From an uncultured delta proteobacterium (GTDB lineage Bacteria > Myxococcota_A > Polyangia > Polyangiales > JAFGIB01), in assembly GCA_963778655.1 (NCBI GenBank), contig CAVZVA010000010.1, forward strand, positions 480,001-544,000: DNA of 64,000 nucleotides. The letters run 5' to 3'. The translations under genes and the position numbers were made by a program. A model generated the notes under the pieces. The model did not search any database. It saw only the letters and a program-made list of their open reading frames with translations, and was not told where the DNA came from. Below are positions 36,381 to 45,813 of this stretch, piece by piece (position 1 is the first letter of the stretch; every line of letters starts with the position of its first letter).

Positions 36381-38111
36381 ATGAACGTTCAGAGCTCAAC
36401 ACGCGCGCGGCTGCTGCTGGCAGGCGGTCTGGTGCTCGCCTGCGGCGCGGCGCCGCCCGACGGCTGCGCCGGAGGCTTGCCCGGCCTACCTGGCGGCGGC
36501 AGCGGCGGTAGCGGTCAGCACGGACACCCGGGCGACGCCGCGACGCGCTACGCGACCAAGACCCCGATCAAGCACTTGGTGGTGATCTTCGGAGAGAACG
36601 TCTCGTTCGATCACTACTTCGGCACCTACCCCAAGGCCGAGAACAACCCCGGCGAGACGCCCTTCCACGCCGCGGCTCGCACGCCCGAGGCCAACACGCT
36701 GCTCACGCCTCTGGATCCGACCCACGGCTTCGCCCCCGTCGCGGGTGTCGATCTGCTGGGCGCGAACCCGAACTTCACCAACAGCGACAACGGCAGCGAC
36801 GCGGCCAACCCGTTCCGCCTGGGCCCCGCGCAAGGCGCCACGCAAGACATGGGGCACAACTACAAGCCGGAGCAGCAGGCGTCGAACGCAGGCGCCATGG
36901 ACCTTTTCCCGAAGTACACCGGCACCGCCGGCCCACCGCCCGACTCGCCCGCCGCAGCGACCACCAAGGGCGCGGTCATGGCCTATTACGACGGCAACAC
37001 GGTCAGCGCGCTGTGGCACTACGCGCAGCAGTACGCGATGAACGACAACTCGTGGAGCACGACCTTCGGCCCGTCGACGCCGGGCGCGATCAACCTGGTC
37101 GCGGGCCAGACCGCGGGCGTCGACCAGACCAACAAGGATCCGGCGACGATGTCGGCCAGCCACGTGACTCCGGACGGCAACGGCGGCTACGCCCTGATCG
37201 GCGACACCGACCCGCTCGGCGACGTGTGCTCGACCGGCTCCGACCAGAACAACTTCAGCGGCCGCAACATCGGCGACCTGCTGAACGCCAAGGGCATCAC
37301 CTGGGGCTGGTTCGAGGGCGGCTTCGACCTGACCATCGCCAACGCGAACGGCACCACCGGCTGCAACCGGCAGACCGATCAGACCATCGCCAACGCGCCC
37401 TACAACTCCAGGGACTACATCCCGCATCACCAGCCGTTCCAGTACTACCCATCCACCGCCAATCTCGAGCACATGCGGCCGAGCAGCGTGTCGGCGATCG
37501 GCCGCAGCCTGCAGGACGACGGCAAGACCCCGGACCCCGCGAATCACCAGTACGATTCGCACGACTTCTTCGACGCGCTGGCTGCGGGCAACTTCCCCGC
37601 GGTCAGCTACCTCAAGGCGCCGGCCTATCAGGACGGTCATGCGGGCTATTCGAACCCGATTGACGAGCAGGACTTCATCACCGAGGTGGTCGATGCGGTC
37701 AAGCAGAGCCCGTACTGGGGCAGCACCGCGATCGTGATCGCGTACGACGACTCCGATGGCTGGTACGACCACCAGGCGCCGCCGATCGTGAACCCATCGA
37801 CCGGCGTGGCGGACGCGCTCAACGGCGCGGGCGTGTGCAACCAGGGCGCGCAGCAGGGCGGTCGGGCGCCTGCAACGCCGCTGCTCGGCGTCGACGGCAA
37901 GCCGGCCCAGGGCCGCTGCGGCTACGGCACGCGCATGCCGTTCCTGATCGTCTCGCCATGGGCGAAGAAAAACTACGTCGACCACACGCTGACCGACCAG
38001 TCCTCGGTGCTGAAGTTCATCGAGGACAACTGGTTGCACGGCGAGCGCATCCAGCCCGGCGGCTCGTATGACGAGATCGCGGGCACGCTCGAGCACATGT
38101 TTACCTTCTGA
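36381..38111 (+). CDS. Phosphoesterase family (phospholipase C / AcpA-like acid phosphatase), exported
   Basis: GAGG RBS; IKHLVVIFGENVSFDHYFG, TFGPSTPGAINL, DGHAGYS, YDDSDGWYDH, GYGTRMP, DQSSVLKFIEDNW. Confidence 0.93.
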   Translation: MNVQSSTRARLLLAGGLVLACGAAPPDGCAGGLPGLPGGGSGGSGQHGHPGDAATRYATKTPIKHLVVIFGENVSFDHYFGTYPKAENNPGETPFHAAARTPEANTLLTPLDPTHGFAPVAGVDLLGANPNFTNSDNGSDAANPFRLGPAQGATQDMGHNYKPEQQASNAGAMDLFPKYTGTAGPPPDSPAAATTKGAVMAYYDGNTVSALWHYAQQYAMNDNSWSTTFGPSTPGAINLVAGQTAGVDQTNKDPATMSASHVTPDGNGGYALIGDTDPLGDVCSTGSDQNNFSGRNIGDLLNAKGITWGWFEGGFDLTIANANGTTGCNRQTDQTIANAPYNSRDYIPHHQPFQYYPSTANLEHMRPSSVSAIGRSLQDDGKTPDPANHQYDSHDFFDALAAGNFPAVSYLKAPAYQDGHAGYSNPIDEQDFITEVVDAVKQSPYWGSTAIVIAYDDSDGWYDHQAPPIVNPSTGVADALNGAGVCNQGAQQGGRAPATPLLGVDGKPAQGRCGYGTRMPFLIVSPWAKKNYVDHTLTDQSSVLKFIEDNWLHGERIQPGGSYDEIAGTLEHMFTF

Positions 38112-38141
38112 GTCCGAGACCGACAGCTTCCCAGCGCCCAA

Positions 38142-38189
38142 GGGGCGGCCGCGCGGTTTCCCGTACCGCCCGGCCGCCCCGCTTTTCTT
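38142..38189 (+). terminator. Probable intrinsic terminator after the phosphoesterase gene
   Basis: Stem ggggcggccg...cggccgcccc followed by gcttttctt, between convergent genes. Confidence 0.65.
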
Positions 38190-38224
38190 CTGCCGCCTCG
38201 CGCCGAGGCGCCGCAGCTGCTCAC

Positions 38225-39394
38225 TTACCGCACGAGCAGAGGCGCACGGCCCAGCACCAGCGCGGCGACCGCTGCCACCACCGCGCCCAGCACGAAGATG
38301 GTGGGAAAGCCGGCGCGCTCCGCGATCCAGCCGAACGCCAGCACCGAGAGCGTGTAGCCGAGCTGAAAGGCGCCGTTGACGTAAGTCATCACCAACCCGC
38401 GCTTTCGCAGGTCGGTGCCCTCGAGCGCGAGCGCGTTGAGCGCTGGATAGAAGAAGCCGTGGGCGCAGCCGAGCAGGGCGCCGTACAACACCAGGGTGCC
38501 GGGCGCGAGCCGGCTCATGCCGAGCTCGACTGCGGCGTAGAGCACGAGCGAGGCGACCGCAGTGCGCTTGCGTCCCACGCGATCGGGCAGCCAGCCAAGC
38601 GCCACGCGCGCCACCACCACGCTGCTGGCGAAACCCAGGAAGAAGCCGCGCACCTGGTGGATGCCGAGGCTGAGCGCGAACGGCTGATAGAAGGCGACCG
38701 CCACCGCGAACGCCACGCCCACGGCGCACATCGAGAGCGCGCACAGCAGCAGGCCGCCGGAAAGCGATGCGTGCGCCGGCGGCGCGCTGTCCAGCGGACG
38801 CTCGACGTCACGGATGCGCAGCGCGAACAGGCACGCGAGCACCGCGGCCGCTCCGGCGCTGGCGAACACCGGCTGCCAGCCCACAGCGCTGGCGAGCGGC
38901 TCGCCGACCGCAGGCGCGATCGCGTTCATGGCGACGTTGGACGCGCCGAACACGCCGAGCACCTGGGTGAGCCGCTCCGGCGGCGCGAGATCCGCGGCCT
39001 GCGTGCCGGCGGCGTTGAACACGATCACGAACGACACGCCGTAGCACAGCTGCAGCAGCAGCAGCAGCGGACCGATGCGGTCCACGCCCATGAATGCGAA
39101 CGCCTGCAGCGCGGCGAGCGCGCTGCCGGCGAGGATCAGCGGCCGGCGCCCGACCCGATCGACCAAGCGCCCCACGAACGGCACCGCGAGCGCGGCCGAG
39201 AGGCTGGGAACCGCGGCCACCAGCCCGATCTCGCTGGGGCTGGCGTGCAGCTCGGTGGTCAGGAACTTGGGCAGCAGCAGGAACATCGACCAGCAAAAGC
39301 CGTAGGAGAGCTGCATCGCGATCACCACGGACAGCTCGCGGCGCGGCAGCGGCGATGCCTCGGGAAGGGCCAGCGTCGGGGTGCTCATGCTCAC
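38225..39394 (-). CDS. MFS transporter
   Basis: About 12 TM; GRLVDRVGRR and GWLPDRVGRK motif-A loops. Confidence 0.92.
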   Translation of the reverse strand: MSMSTPTLALPEASPLPRRELSVVIAMQLSYGFCWSMFLLLPKFLTTELHASPSEIGLVAAVPSLSAALAVPFVGRLVDRVGRRPLILAGSALAALQAFAFMGVDRIGPLLLLLQLCYGVSFVIVFNAAGTQAADLAPPERLTQVLGVFGASNVAMNAIAPAVGEPLASAVGWQPVFASAGAAAVLACLFALRIRDVERPLDSAPPAHASLSGGLLLCALSMCAVGVAFAVAVAFYQPFALSLGIHQVRGFFLGFASSVVVARVALGWLPDRVGRKRTAVASLVLYAAVELGMSRLAPGTLVLYGALLGCAHGFFYPALNALALEGTDLRKRGLVMTYVNGAFQLGYTLSVLAFGWIAERAGFPTIFVLGAVVAAVAALVLGRAPLLVR

Positions 39395-39601
39395 GTCCTT
39401 TCGGACGGCGGCGCAGGGCTATGAAGACCCTCTGCCGCCCGGTTGCGGAAGAGGGTGTGGTGCCGTGGTCAGCGAAGCACGCGCGCACCCTCGTCCGCCT
39501 CTACGAGGCAAATGCGGACAAGATGCTTGCGCCAGGCCTTCGACACGCGCGCCAAGCTAGCGCGCCGGCGGCGCGCCGTCAAAGCGAAGCGACGCGGCCG
39601 G

Positions 39602-40828
39602 CTACGGATCGCAGTCGGCGGGCTTCGCCCACTGCGCGACCGCGTCGGCGTCGTCGCCGGCCGTGATCAGCACGTCGCGGCCCTGCTGGTCCACGCTCAG
39701 ATCCGTCTCCGGCTTGCGCGCGGCGGCCGAGGCGACCACCTCGGCGTCGGAGCTGGAGGCCATGCGGATCTTCCAGGCCACGGTAGTCTGCTGGCTCGAA
39801 TCGTCGAAGTAGACCCAGATGAGGTCGTCACGCCAGCGCAGCGCGCGCGCGAACGCGTCGTGCTCGCCGAGCTCGGTGCCGACCAGGAACGCGTAAAGCT
39901 GCATGGCGCCGAAGCGGTCGAACCCGGCCGCCTTGTAGCCGTCCGCCGGCGGCTCGCTGCGGCACGAAAGCGCGGGGCTGGTGCCGGCCCGGCCGTGCCC
40001 GAAGGCCGCCATCAGGTCCACGCCGCGCCCAGGGAAATCGGTACCCAGGCGGCGCACCGCGGCGTTGCCGCCGGTCAGCCAGGCGCGCGTGAGGTAATCG
40101 GCGCCGAGCGGATACTCGAACCACGAAACCGAGTAGTAGGGCGAATCGGCGGACGCCATCGAGTCTTGCAGCCCGTTCTCCCAGTTGCCGTAATAGCGGT
40201 CCCAGTTCACGGCGTGTGCCTCGATGCCTTCGATCTCCGCCTGTGCGAGGTGCTCGTAGAGCGTGGCCTCGCCTTCGATGAAGGCTTGATTGGCGAAGAA
40301 GCCGTCGCTGCTCGCGCTGACGCGCTCGCCGGCGCGCTCGCGCCCCTGGAACGCGTGCACCAGCTCGTGCGCCAGCAGCGTGGTGTCGGAGGCCTCGTTG
40401 CTGTCCTGACCGCGGTCGAGCACCGTGACTTGACCGGTGACCGAAGAATAGAACGCCGCGACGTTGCGCACGCGATCGTCGATCGAGGCCTGGGAAGCGG
40501 ACGTGGCCGTGGTCACCAGGCCGAGCTCCTGCAACGCGACGGTCCACGGATTGACGCTGGGCTCGCCCTGGGCCTTGGCGGCCTTCTTCTGTGCCGCGTC
40601 CGCCGCCACCAGCTCCTGGCGATACTGGTCGAGGGTGATGGTGTGAATCGGCGGGATGCCGCCGAACGGATCGTAGCCGTCTCCGCGCAGGCGGACCACG
40701 CCGTAGAAGACGTCCTCCTGACACGCGCGCTGTGCGATGTTGCAGGGCTCGAGCTTCGGATTGGCGGTGCACGCCCCGAGCCCGAGCACAAGCCCGAGCG
40801 CAGCCGCCGCCCGCGGCACTCGGCTCAC
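39602..40828 (-). CDS. Lipoprotein with gluzincin-type zinc metallopeptidase motif
   Basis: GTG start overlapping the upstream TGA; lipobox LGLGAC; VAAFYS, LAHELVHAFQ, FIEGEATLYE, FEYPLG. Confidence 0.8.
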   Translation of the reverse strand: MSRVPRAAAALGLVLGLGACTANPKLEPCNIAQRACQEDVFYGVVRLRGDGYDPFGGIPPIHTITLDQYRQELVAADAAQKKAAKAQGEPSVNPWTVALQELGLVTTATSASQASIDDRVRNVAAFYSSVTGQVTVLDRGQDSNEASDTTLLAHELVHAFQGRERAGERVSASSDGFFANQAFIEGEATLYEHLAQAEIEGIEAHAVNWDRYYGNWENGLQDSMASADSPYYSVSWFEYPLGADYLTRAWLTGGNAAVRRLGTDFPGRGVDLMAAFGHGRAGTSPALSCRSEPPADGYKAAGFDRFGAMQLYAFLVGTELGEHDAFARALRWRDDLIWVYFDDSSQQTTVAWKIRMASSSDAEVVASAAARKPETDLSVDQQGRDVLITAGDDADAVAQWAKPADCDP

Positions 40829-41679
40829 AGCACGCCTCCGCCGGCCAGGTGTAGGCCCCACACGTGCGGCCCGCGCGCGCCCGCCAGTGGCTCGTCCACG
40901 TTGCCAGTGTAGCGCGCCTCCAGGAAGGCGCGCCCCAGCTCCACCCGCAGCCAGGGCTCGAGCGACAGCTGCAGCATGTCGAGCCCATTGGTCGGCATCA
41001 CCACCGCCTTGAGCCGCAGCCCGAAGCGGCACGGCCCCTTGTGCGAGCCCAGCCCGAGCAGCGTGGGCACGAAGACGGAGACCGGATCGCGGCGGTAGGC
41101 CTCGTAGGCCGGGAACAGCACGGCCGGCGCCGCGGCCAGCTCGAGCCGCAGCTCGGGGTCGAGATCGAGCTCGACCCGGCCGTACGCGATCGCGGCCGCG
41201 CGCTCGGGTGCGTACAGCCACACCTCCCACAATCCGTCCATGCCCTGAGCGTAGTTGAACGCGGTGTGCTGCAGCCGGCCCTGACCGGCGCTGTCGATAC
41301 GCGCGATCGGCACCGTGCCGCCCAGACCCACCCGGTAGCGCATGCCGAGCCAGGTTCCGCGCAGCAGCCCGAACAGCGTCGGATTGCCCAGGCGCAGCAG
41401 GTCTTCGCTGGGACCTTGCTCCGGGTTGGAGTCGATCCCGATGATCCCGAAGTCCGCGGCCAGCGAGTAGCGCGGCCCGAACGCATACTGAGCCGAAGCT
41501 CGCAGCGTGGGCACGTGCAAGCTGGAGTTGTCTTCGGTCGTGGCGAAGTAGCCCAGCTCGCCGGCCAGGCTCAGGTGCCACGGCTCGACCGGCAGCTGCA
41601 CGGCCTGCGCCTGCGCCCGCGCGCACCATAGCGGCAACGCCAGCCACACTGCGAAGAGCGCTCGCCTGCCGCGCCGCAC
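40825..41679 (-). CDS. Probable outer-membrane beta-barrel protein
   Basis: Signal peptide ending ARAQA; RLGNPTL; alternating beta-strand pattern; ends WGLHLAGGGVL. Confidence 0.65.
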   Translation of the reverse strand: MRRGRRALFAVWLALPLWCARAQAQAVQLPVEPWHLSLAGELGYFATTEDNSSLHVPTLRASAQYAFGPRYSLAADFGIIGIDSNPEQGPSEDLLRLGNPTLFGLLRGTWLGMRYRVGLGGTVPIARIDSAGQGRLQHTAFNYAQGMDGLWEVWLYAPERAAAIAYGRVELDLDPELRLELAAAPAVLFPAYEAYRRDPVSVFVPTLLGLGSHKGPCRFGLRLKAVVMPTNGLDMLQLSLEPWLRVELGRAFLEARYTGNVDEPLAGARGPHVWGLHLAGGGVL

Positions 41680-41949
41680 GCGTTGACACTAGTTGAGCGA
41701 TTGCGGTTTGGGAACCACGCCGGCGTGCAGAACGGCGACCCCGAGCGCGCGCGGGCGAGCGCGCAGGCAGCGCCGGCCGCCCGGGTCTCCCAAACCAGCC
41801 GACCCGCAGAGGGCTCGTGCTGCGAGCAAAGCCGTGGCCGGAGTCGCTTCGGAGTCGGTGCCAAGCGCGGCATTGACTCGCGTGCGTGCGCACTTGCTGC
41901 TATGAGCAGCTTGCGCGGAGACGCCGGCCGCCGGCGCGCGCGGCTCGCG

Positions 41950-42513
41950 ATGCCCACACCCTTTCAAGGTTTTGCCAAGCGCCTGCTCGGCACCGGCATG
42001 ATCGGCGAGCTGTTCGGTCTGCTGCCCGAGCCGGCGCGCGAGGCGCTGGCCGACGTACGCCAATACCTGGCCGATCACGGCCACTGGCCCAAGCTCGAGC
42101 TGCTACGGCACGCGCCAGCCGGCCCGGTCCCGCTGCAGGCCGTGGGCGTGTTTCTCGGCTCGCTGTACGTCGGCGAGGAGCTCAGCATCGTCAACCTGTT
42201 CAAGGGCACGCTCGAGGGTGGCGAGCTGCGGGCAACCAATGTCGCGCTCGGCAACGTTCAGGCGGGCCGGGCCGAGGGGCTGAACCTGCTGGTGGGGGAC
42301 GTGCACGGCGGCCAGGTGGAGCGGGTCAACCTGTTGGTCGGCGACGTGCACGGCGGTCAGGTGCGCACGGTCAACGTCTTGATCGGAGACGTCCGCGGTG
42401 GGCGCGTGCAGTGCAACACGCTGATCGGGGACGTGCACGGCGGTGAGCTAGACGCTCGCGCCATGCACGGCAGCATCCACGCAGGCACCGCGCGCGTCAC
42501 GCGCACGATTTGA
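41950..42513 (+). CDS. Small protein with about 15-residue NLLxGDVHGG solenoid repeats
   Basis: Repeats LNLLVGDVHGGQ / VNLLVGDVHGGQ / VNVLIGDVRGGR / CNTLIGDVHGGE. The start is uncertain (41902 or 41950). Confidence 0.75.
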   Translation: MPTPFQGFAKRLLGTGMIGELFGLLPEPAREALADVRQYLADHGHWPKLELLRHAPAGPVPLQAVGVFLGSLYVGEELSIVNLFKGTLEGGELRATNVALGNVQAGRAEGLNLLVGDVHGGQVERVNLLVGDVHGGQVRTVNVLIGDVRGGRVQCNTLIGDVHGGELDARAMHGSIHAGTARVTRTI

Positions 42514-42649
42514 GCCGCGCCCCTCGCCCACAATGTGCCCCGTGCTGCGACGGCAGCCCGCGCGGGCAGACAACGATTGACAGCCAGGCACGGCGCCCGG
42601 GACAATTGCACTGTCTCCGGCTCGGGGAATCAACGGGGTATCGCGCGAT

Positions 42650-43849
42650 ATGACTGCACGGCGCCAGAGGGCGAGCGCCATCCTTGCCTTGGTCTTGCTG
42701 GTCGGCGCCGGGTGCGCCAAGACGGAGCGCGCTCCGTACGCACCGCTCGGCCACGTGAGCGACGACGGCGGGGCGGGACAGGCGACCCCCGACGGCTCCC
42801 TCACGGGCGGTCTGCAGACCACCAGCTCCACCGCCAGCCCGCAAGAGCAGGCCGATATGCTCGCGGGCTGGGGCGCGGGCATCATGGACCCGGACAAGAT
42901 CTGCGCCGGTTCCGACCACAGCTGCGCGATCGACAGGCAGGGCGGTGTGCACTGCTGGGGCGCGTATCCGGACACCCCGGGCGGATTGCCGCCCATGGCT
43001 CAAATCGCGTGCGGCAACGCTCACACCTGCGCGCTCGCGACCGACGGCACGCTGTGGTGCTGGGGGGCCGGCTCCGATCAATCGCTGGTAGACATGGCGC
43101 TGGCTCACCCCGAAGACACCTCGCTGCTGGTCCACCAGGGTCAAGCCATTCCACCTGCAGGCCACTTCAAGCGGATCGCAGCCGGCGGCGTGCACAGCTG
43201 CGCAATCGACATGAACGATCAGGTGGTGTGCTGGGGCGGGGGCACCGGCGACAAGGACAACGAGCGGCAGCCGAACTACGGCCAATCGATTGCGCCGAGC
43301 GGCAAGTTCATCTCCATCGCCTGCGGCCAGGCACACAGCTGCGCGGTCGACGACAAGGGCGGGGTGGTGTGTTGGGGCGCGGGCGGGACCTCCGACAACT
43401 GCTTTCCGCCGAGGGCCTACGACTGCGGGCAAAGCAACTCGCCGCCCGGGGCGTTCCTGGAGGTGAGCGCCGGCGATGAGCACAGCTGCGGGCTGCGCGA
43501 AGACGGCACCATCAGGTGTTGGGGCGCAGGCCAGCACGACGACCAGTGCGCGCCGCTGGCGGGCACCAATGCGCTCGAGTGCGGTCAGTCGATGCCGCCT
43601 ACGCCTGCGATGGATGCGCCCTTCGTGCGCCTGCGCTCGGGCTGGGAATTCACCTGCGGCGTCACGCAGGACTTCAAGCTGCAGTGCTGGGGCTGGGACG
43701 ACTACCGCATGGCCACGCCCAAGAGCGGCAAGTACACGCAGGTCGCCGTCGGCGACACGCACGCCTGCGGAATCCAGCTCTCGGGTCGGATCGTGTGCTG
43801 GGGCGCGGACGACTCGGGCAAGGCCAGCGTACCGCCCGGCGTGCCCTGA
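42650..43849 (+). CDS. RCC1/BLIP-II-repeat lipoprotein
   Basis: Lipobox VGAGC; seven repeats of AGxxHSCAxxxxGxVxCWG. Confidence 0.9.
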   Translation: MTARRQRASAILALVLLVGAGCAKTERAPYAPLGHVSDDGGAGQATPDGSLTGGLQTTSSTASPQEQADMLAGWGAGIMDPDKICAGSDHSCAIDRQGGVHCWGAYPDTPGGLPPMAQIACGNAHTCALATDGTLWCWGAGSDQSLVDMALAHPEDTSLLVHQGQAIPPAGHFKRIAAGGVHSCAIDMNDQVVCWGGGTGDKDNERQPNYGQSIAPSGKFISIACGQAHSCAVDDKGGVVCWGAGGTSDNCFPPRAYDCGQSNSPPGAFLEVSAGDEHSCGLREDGTIRCWGAGQHDDQCAPLAGTNALECGQSMPPTPAMDAPFVRLRSGWEFTCGVTQDFKLQCWGWDDYRMATPKSGKYTQVAVGDTHACGIQLSGRIVCWGADDSGKASVPPGVP

Positions 43850-43953
43850 GCGCGGCGGCGGAGCGGACAGGCCGCCGCGCTGCCGGTGGCAGCGAGCTTG
43901 GGGGTCCGGCTGCGCTTGACCCGGGCGGGTGGGTGCAGGGCACTTCCGATGCA

Positions 43954-44373
43954 GTGGTCATCAAGCCGCATACGTGGTTGCTGATCATGGGCGCGGCCCT
44001 GGCGGTCGCGGCCGCCGCCTGGCTCGAGCTGCGCGCCCCGCAGCCCACGGCGCCGCGCGCGCGCGGCGCGACGACCGCTCGCGCGCCCCAATCGCCGGCG
44101 GCAGGCGCCGGCGGGGCCGCAGCCGCGCAACCGAGCACGGCGAACGCGAGCCGGACGGGCGGCCAGGCTCCGCGACCGGCGAGCACAGCCGAGCCGCGGA
44201 CGGCGGCGGCCGAGCCGAGCCCGTCCCAGGCGCTGCGCGAGGTTCGGGCCCTGGTCGACCAGGGCAAGATCGGCGCAGCGCGCGATCTGGCCGAGGCGTA
44301 CCTGAAGCGGATCCCGGACTCACCCGAGGCCGCGCAGATCGAGTCGCTGACCGGCGTGCATCCGCACCGTTGA
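43954..44373 (+). CDS. Small membrane-anchored protein with Ala/Pro linker and TPR-like C-terminal helices
   Basis: WLLIMGAALAVAAAAWLEL; C-terminus ALVDQGKIGAARDLAEAYLKRIPDSPEA...LTGVHPHR. The start is inferred. Confidence 0.6.
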   Translation: MVIKPHTWLLIMGAALAVAAAAWLELRAPQPTAPRARGATTARAPQSPAAGAGGAAAAQPSTANASRTGGQAPRPASTAEPRTAAAEPSPSQALREVRALVDQGKIGAARDLAEAYLKRIPDSPEAAQIESLTGVHPHR

Positions 44374-44394
44374 GCCCAGCTTGCAGGGAACCCC

Positions 44395-45780
44395 ATGCCA
44401 CCATCGACCGCTCGCCTCGTCCACGCCCTGAGCGCGCTGCTGGCGCTGGCGGCGGCCGCCTGCGCCGGCCGGGACGCGACCCCGGCAGCAGGCGGCGACG
44501 CGGGTTTCACGGCGAGAGGCACTGGCGGCGCGCTTGGCGTGGGCGCGGGCGGCGCGCTGGCGATGACCGGTAGCGCGGGCCAGGGCCCGAGCGGCGCGGG
44601 CGCGGGCCAGGGCCCGAGCGGCGCCGCTGGGACGGGGCTCGGCGGAAGCGGGGCGGCGGGCGGCGCGGCCGCTGGCGGCGGGGCGACGGGCGGCGCGAGC
44701 GGACAGGCCGGCGCGGCGAGCGGCGGCGCGACCGACGCCGGCGGCCTGGCGGGCAGCTCCGGCAGCTGCGGCAGCGATGCGTGTCCGGCCAGCGCCGGCG
44801 TCACGATCGGGTGCGAGAAGCGCTTCATGTTCGGCGTGAACTTCGCATGGGTGAGCTTCGGCTCCGACTTCGGCGGGGGCGCCCAGGGCGTGGCGCAGAA
44901 CCAGTCGCTCATCCGGAAGGACATGAAAGAGATGAAGGACAACGGCGTCGACGTGATCCGCTGGTGGATGCATCCGTCGATGTTCGACGGCGGCGGCGTG
45001 AGCTTCGACGGCAGCGGAACGCCGAGCGGGCTTGGCGGCAGCGAGCTCGCGGACATCGACGCCGCGCTCGCGCTCGCCGCCGAGCAGGGCGTGCACCTGA
45101 AGCTCACGCTGTTCTCGTTCGACAACTTCAAGCCCGACGCCAGCTCCGGGCACAGCCTGGGCCCCGTGATCGGCGACGGCGCCAAGCGCAAGGCGCTGAT
45201 CGACAACGTGGTGCGGCCGATCGCGCGCGCGGTCGCGGGCAGCACCCACGCCGCAAGCGTGGTCTCCTGGGACGTGATCAACGAGCCCGAGTGGGCGGTG
45301 CAGGGAAACGACGGCTACGGCGACCAGGACTTCGACGCGATGAGCTCGCTGCAGCAGGTGGATTTCCCCACCATGGAGACCTTCGTGCGCGAGGTGGTCA
45401 CGGCGCTGCACGCCGAGAGCACGGCGTTGGTCACCGTGGGTCAGGCCGCGGTCAAGTGGTCGCACGCGTTCACCAAGGTGGGGCTCGACTACTACGACAT
45501 GCACTACTACGGCTGGGTCGATCAGTACTTTCCGCTGGGCGGCAAGTCGCTGCAGGACTACGGCATCGGCGACCGCCCGGTCGTGGTCGGCGAGTTTCCG
45601 CTCGACGGCTGGACCAACCCCAACGGTACGCTCAGCGCCAACCAGATCGTGAGCAAGCTCTACGACCTCGGCTACGCAGGCGCCAAGGCCTGGGCCTTCA
45701 CCCAGGACGGCAACTGGTCCGGCAACAAGGGCGAGCTCGCCTCCTTCGCCAGCCTCCACCCCTGCGAGACGCTGTACTGA
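44395..45780 (+). CDS. Clan GH-A glycoside hydrolase lipoprotein (GH5, mannanase-like)
   Basis: Lipobox AAAC; Gly/Ala linker; FGVNFAWVSFGSDFG, WDVINEPE (acid/base), YDMHYY, VVGEFP (nucleophile), AWAF. Confidence 0.85.
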   Translation: MPPSTARLVHALSALLALAAAACAGRDATPAAGGDAGFTARGTGGALGVGAGGALAMTGSAGQGPSGAGAGQGPSGAAGTGLGGSGAAGGAAAGGGATGGASGQAGAASGGATDAGGLAGSSGSCGSDACPASAGVTIGCEKRFMFGVNFAWVSFGSDFGGGAQGVAQNQSLIRKDMKEMKDNGVDVIRWWMHPSMFDGGGVSFDGSGTPSGLGGSELADIDAALALAAEQGVHLKLTLFSFDNFKPDASSGHSLGPVIGDGAKRKALIDNVVRPIARAVAGSTHAASVVSWDVINEPEWAVQGNDGYGDQDFDAMSSLQQVDFPTMETFVREVVTALHAESTALVTVGQAAVKWSHAFTKVGLDYYDMHYYGWVDQYFPLGGKSLQDYGIGDRPVVVGEFPLDGWTNPNGTLSANQIVSKLYDLGYAGAKAWAFTQDGNWSGNKGELASFASLHPCETLY

Positions 45781-45813
45781 GCCCTCGCTGCGCGCGCGCC
45801 CCTGCTCTGGCGC

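Noticed and set aside
44575..44624. 23-bp tandem repeat (27-bp period) in the GH5 linker; similar 18-bp repeat at 51338-51376
   Set aside because: These are in-frame linker duplications with only two copies and no spacers. They are not CRISPR or contingency loci.
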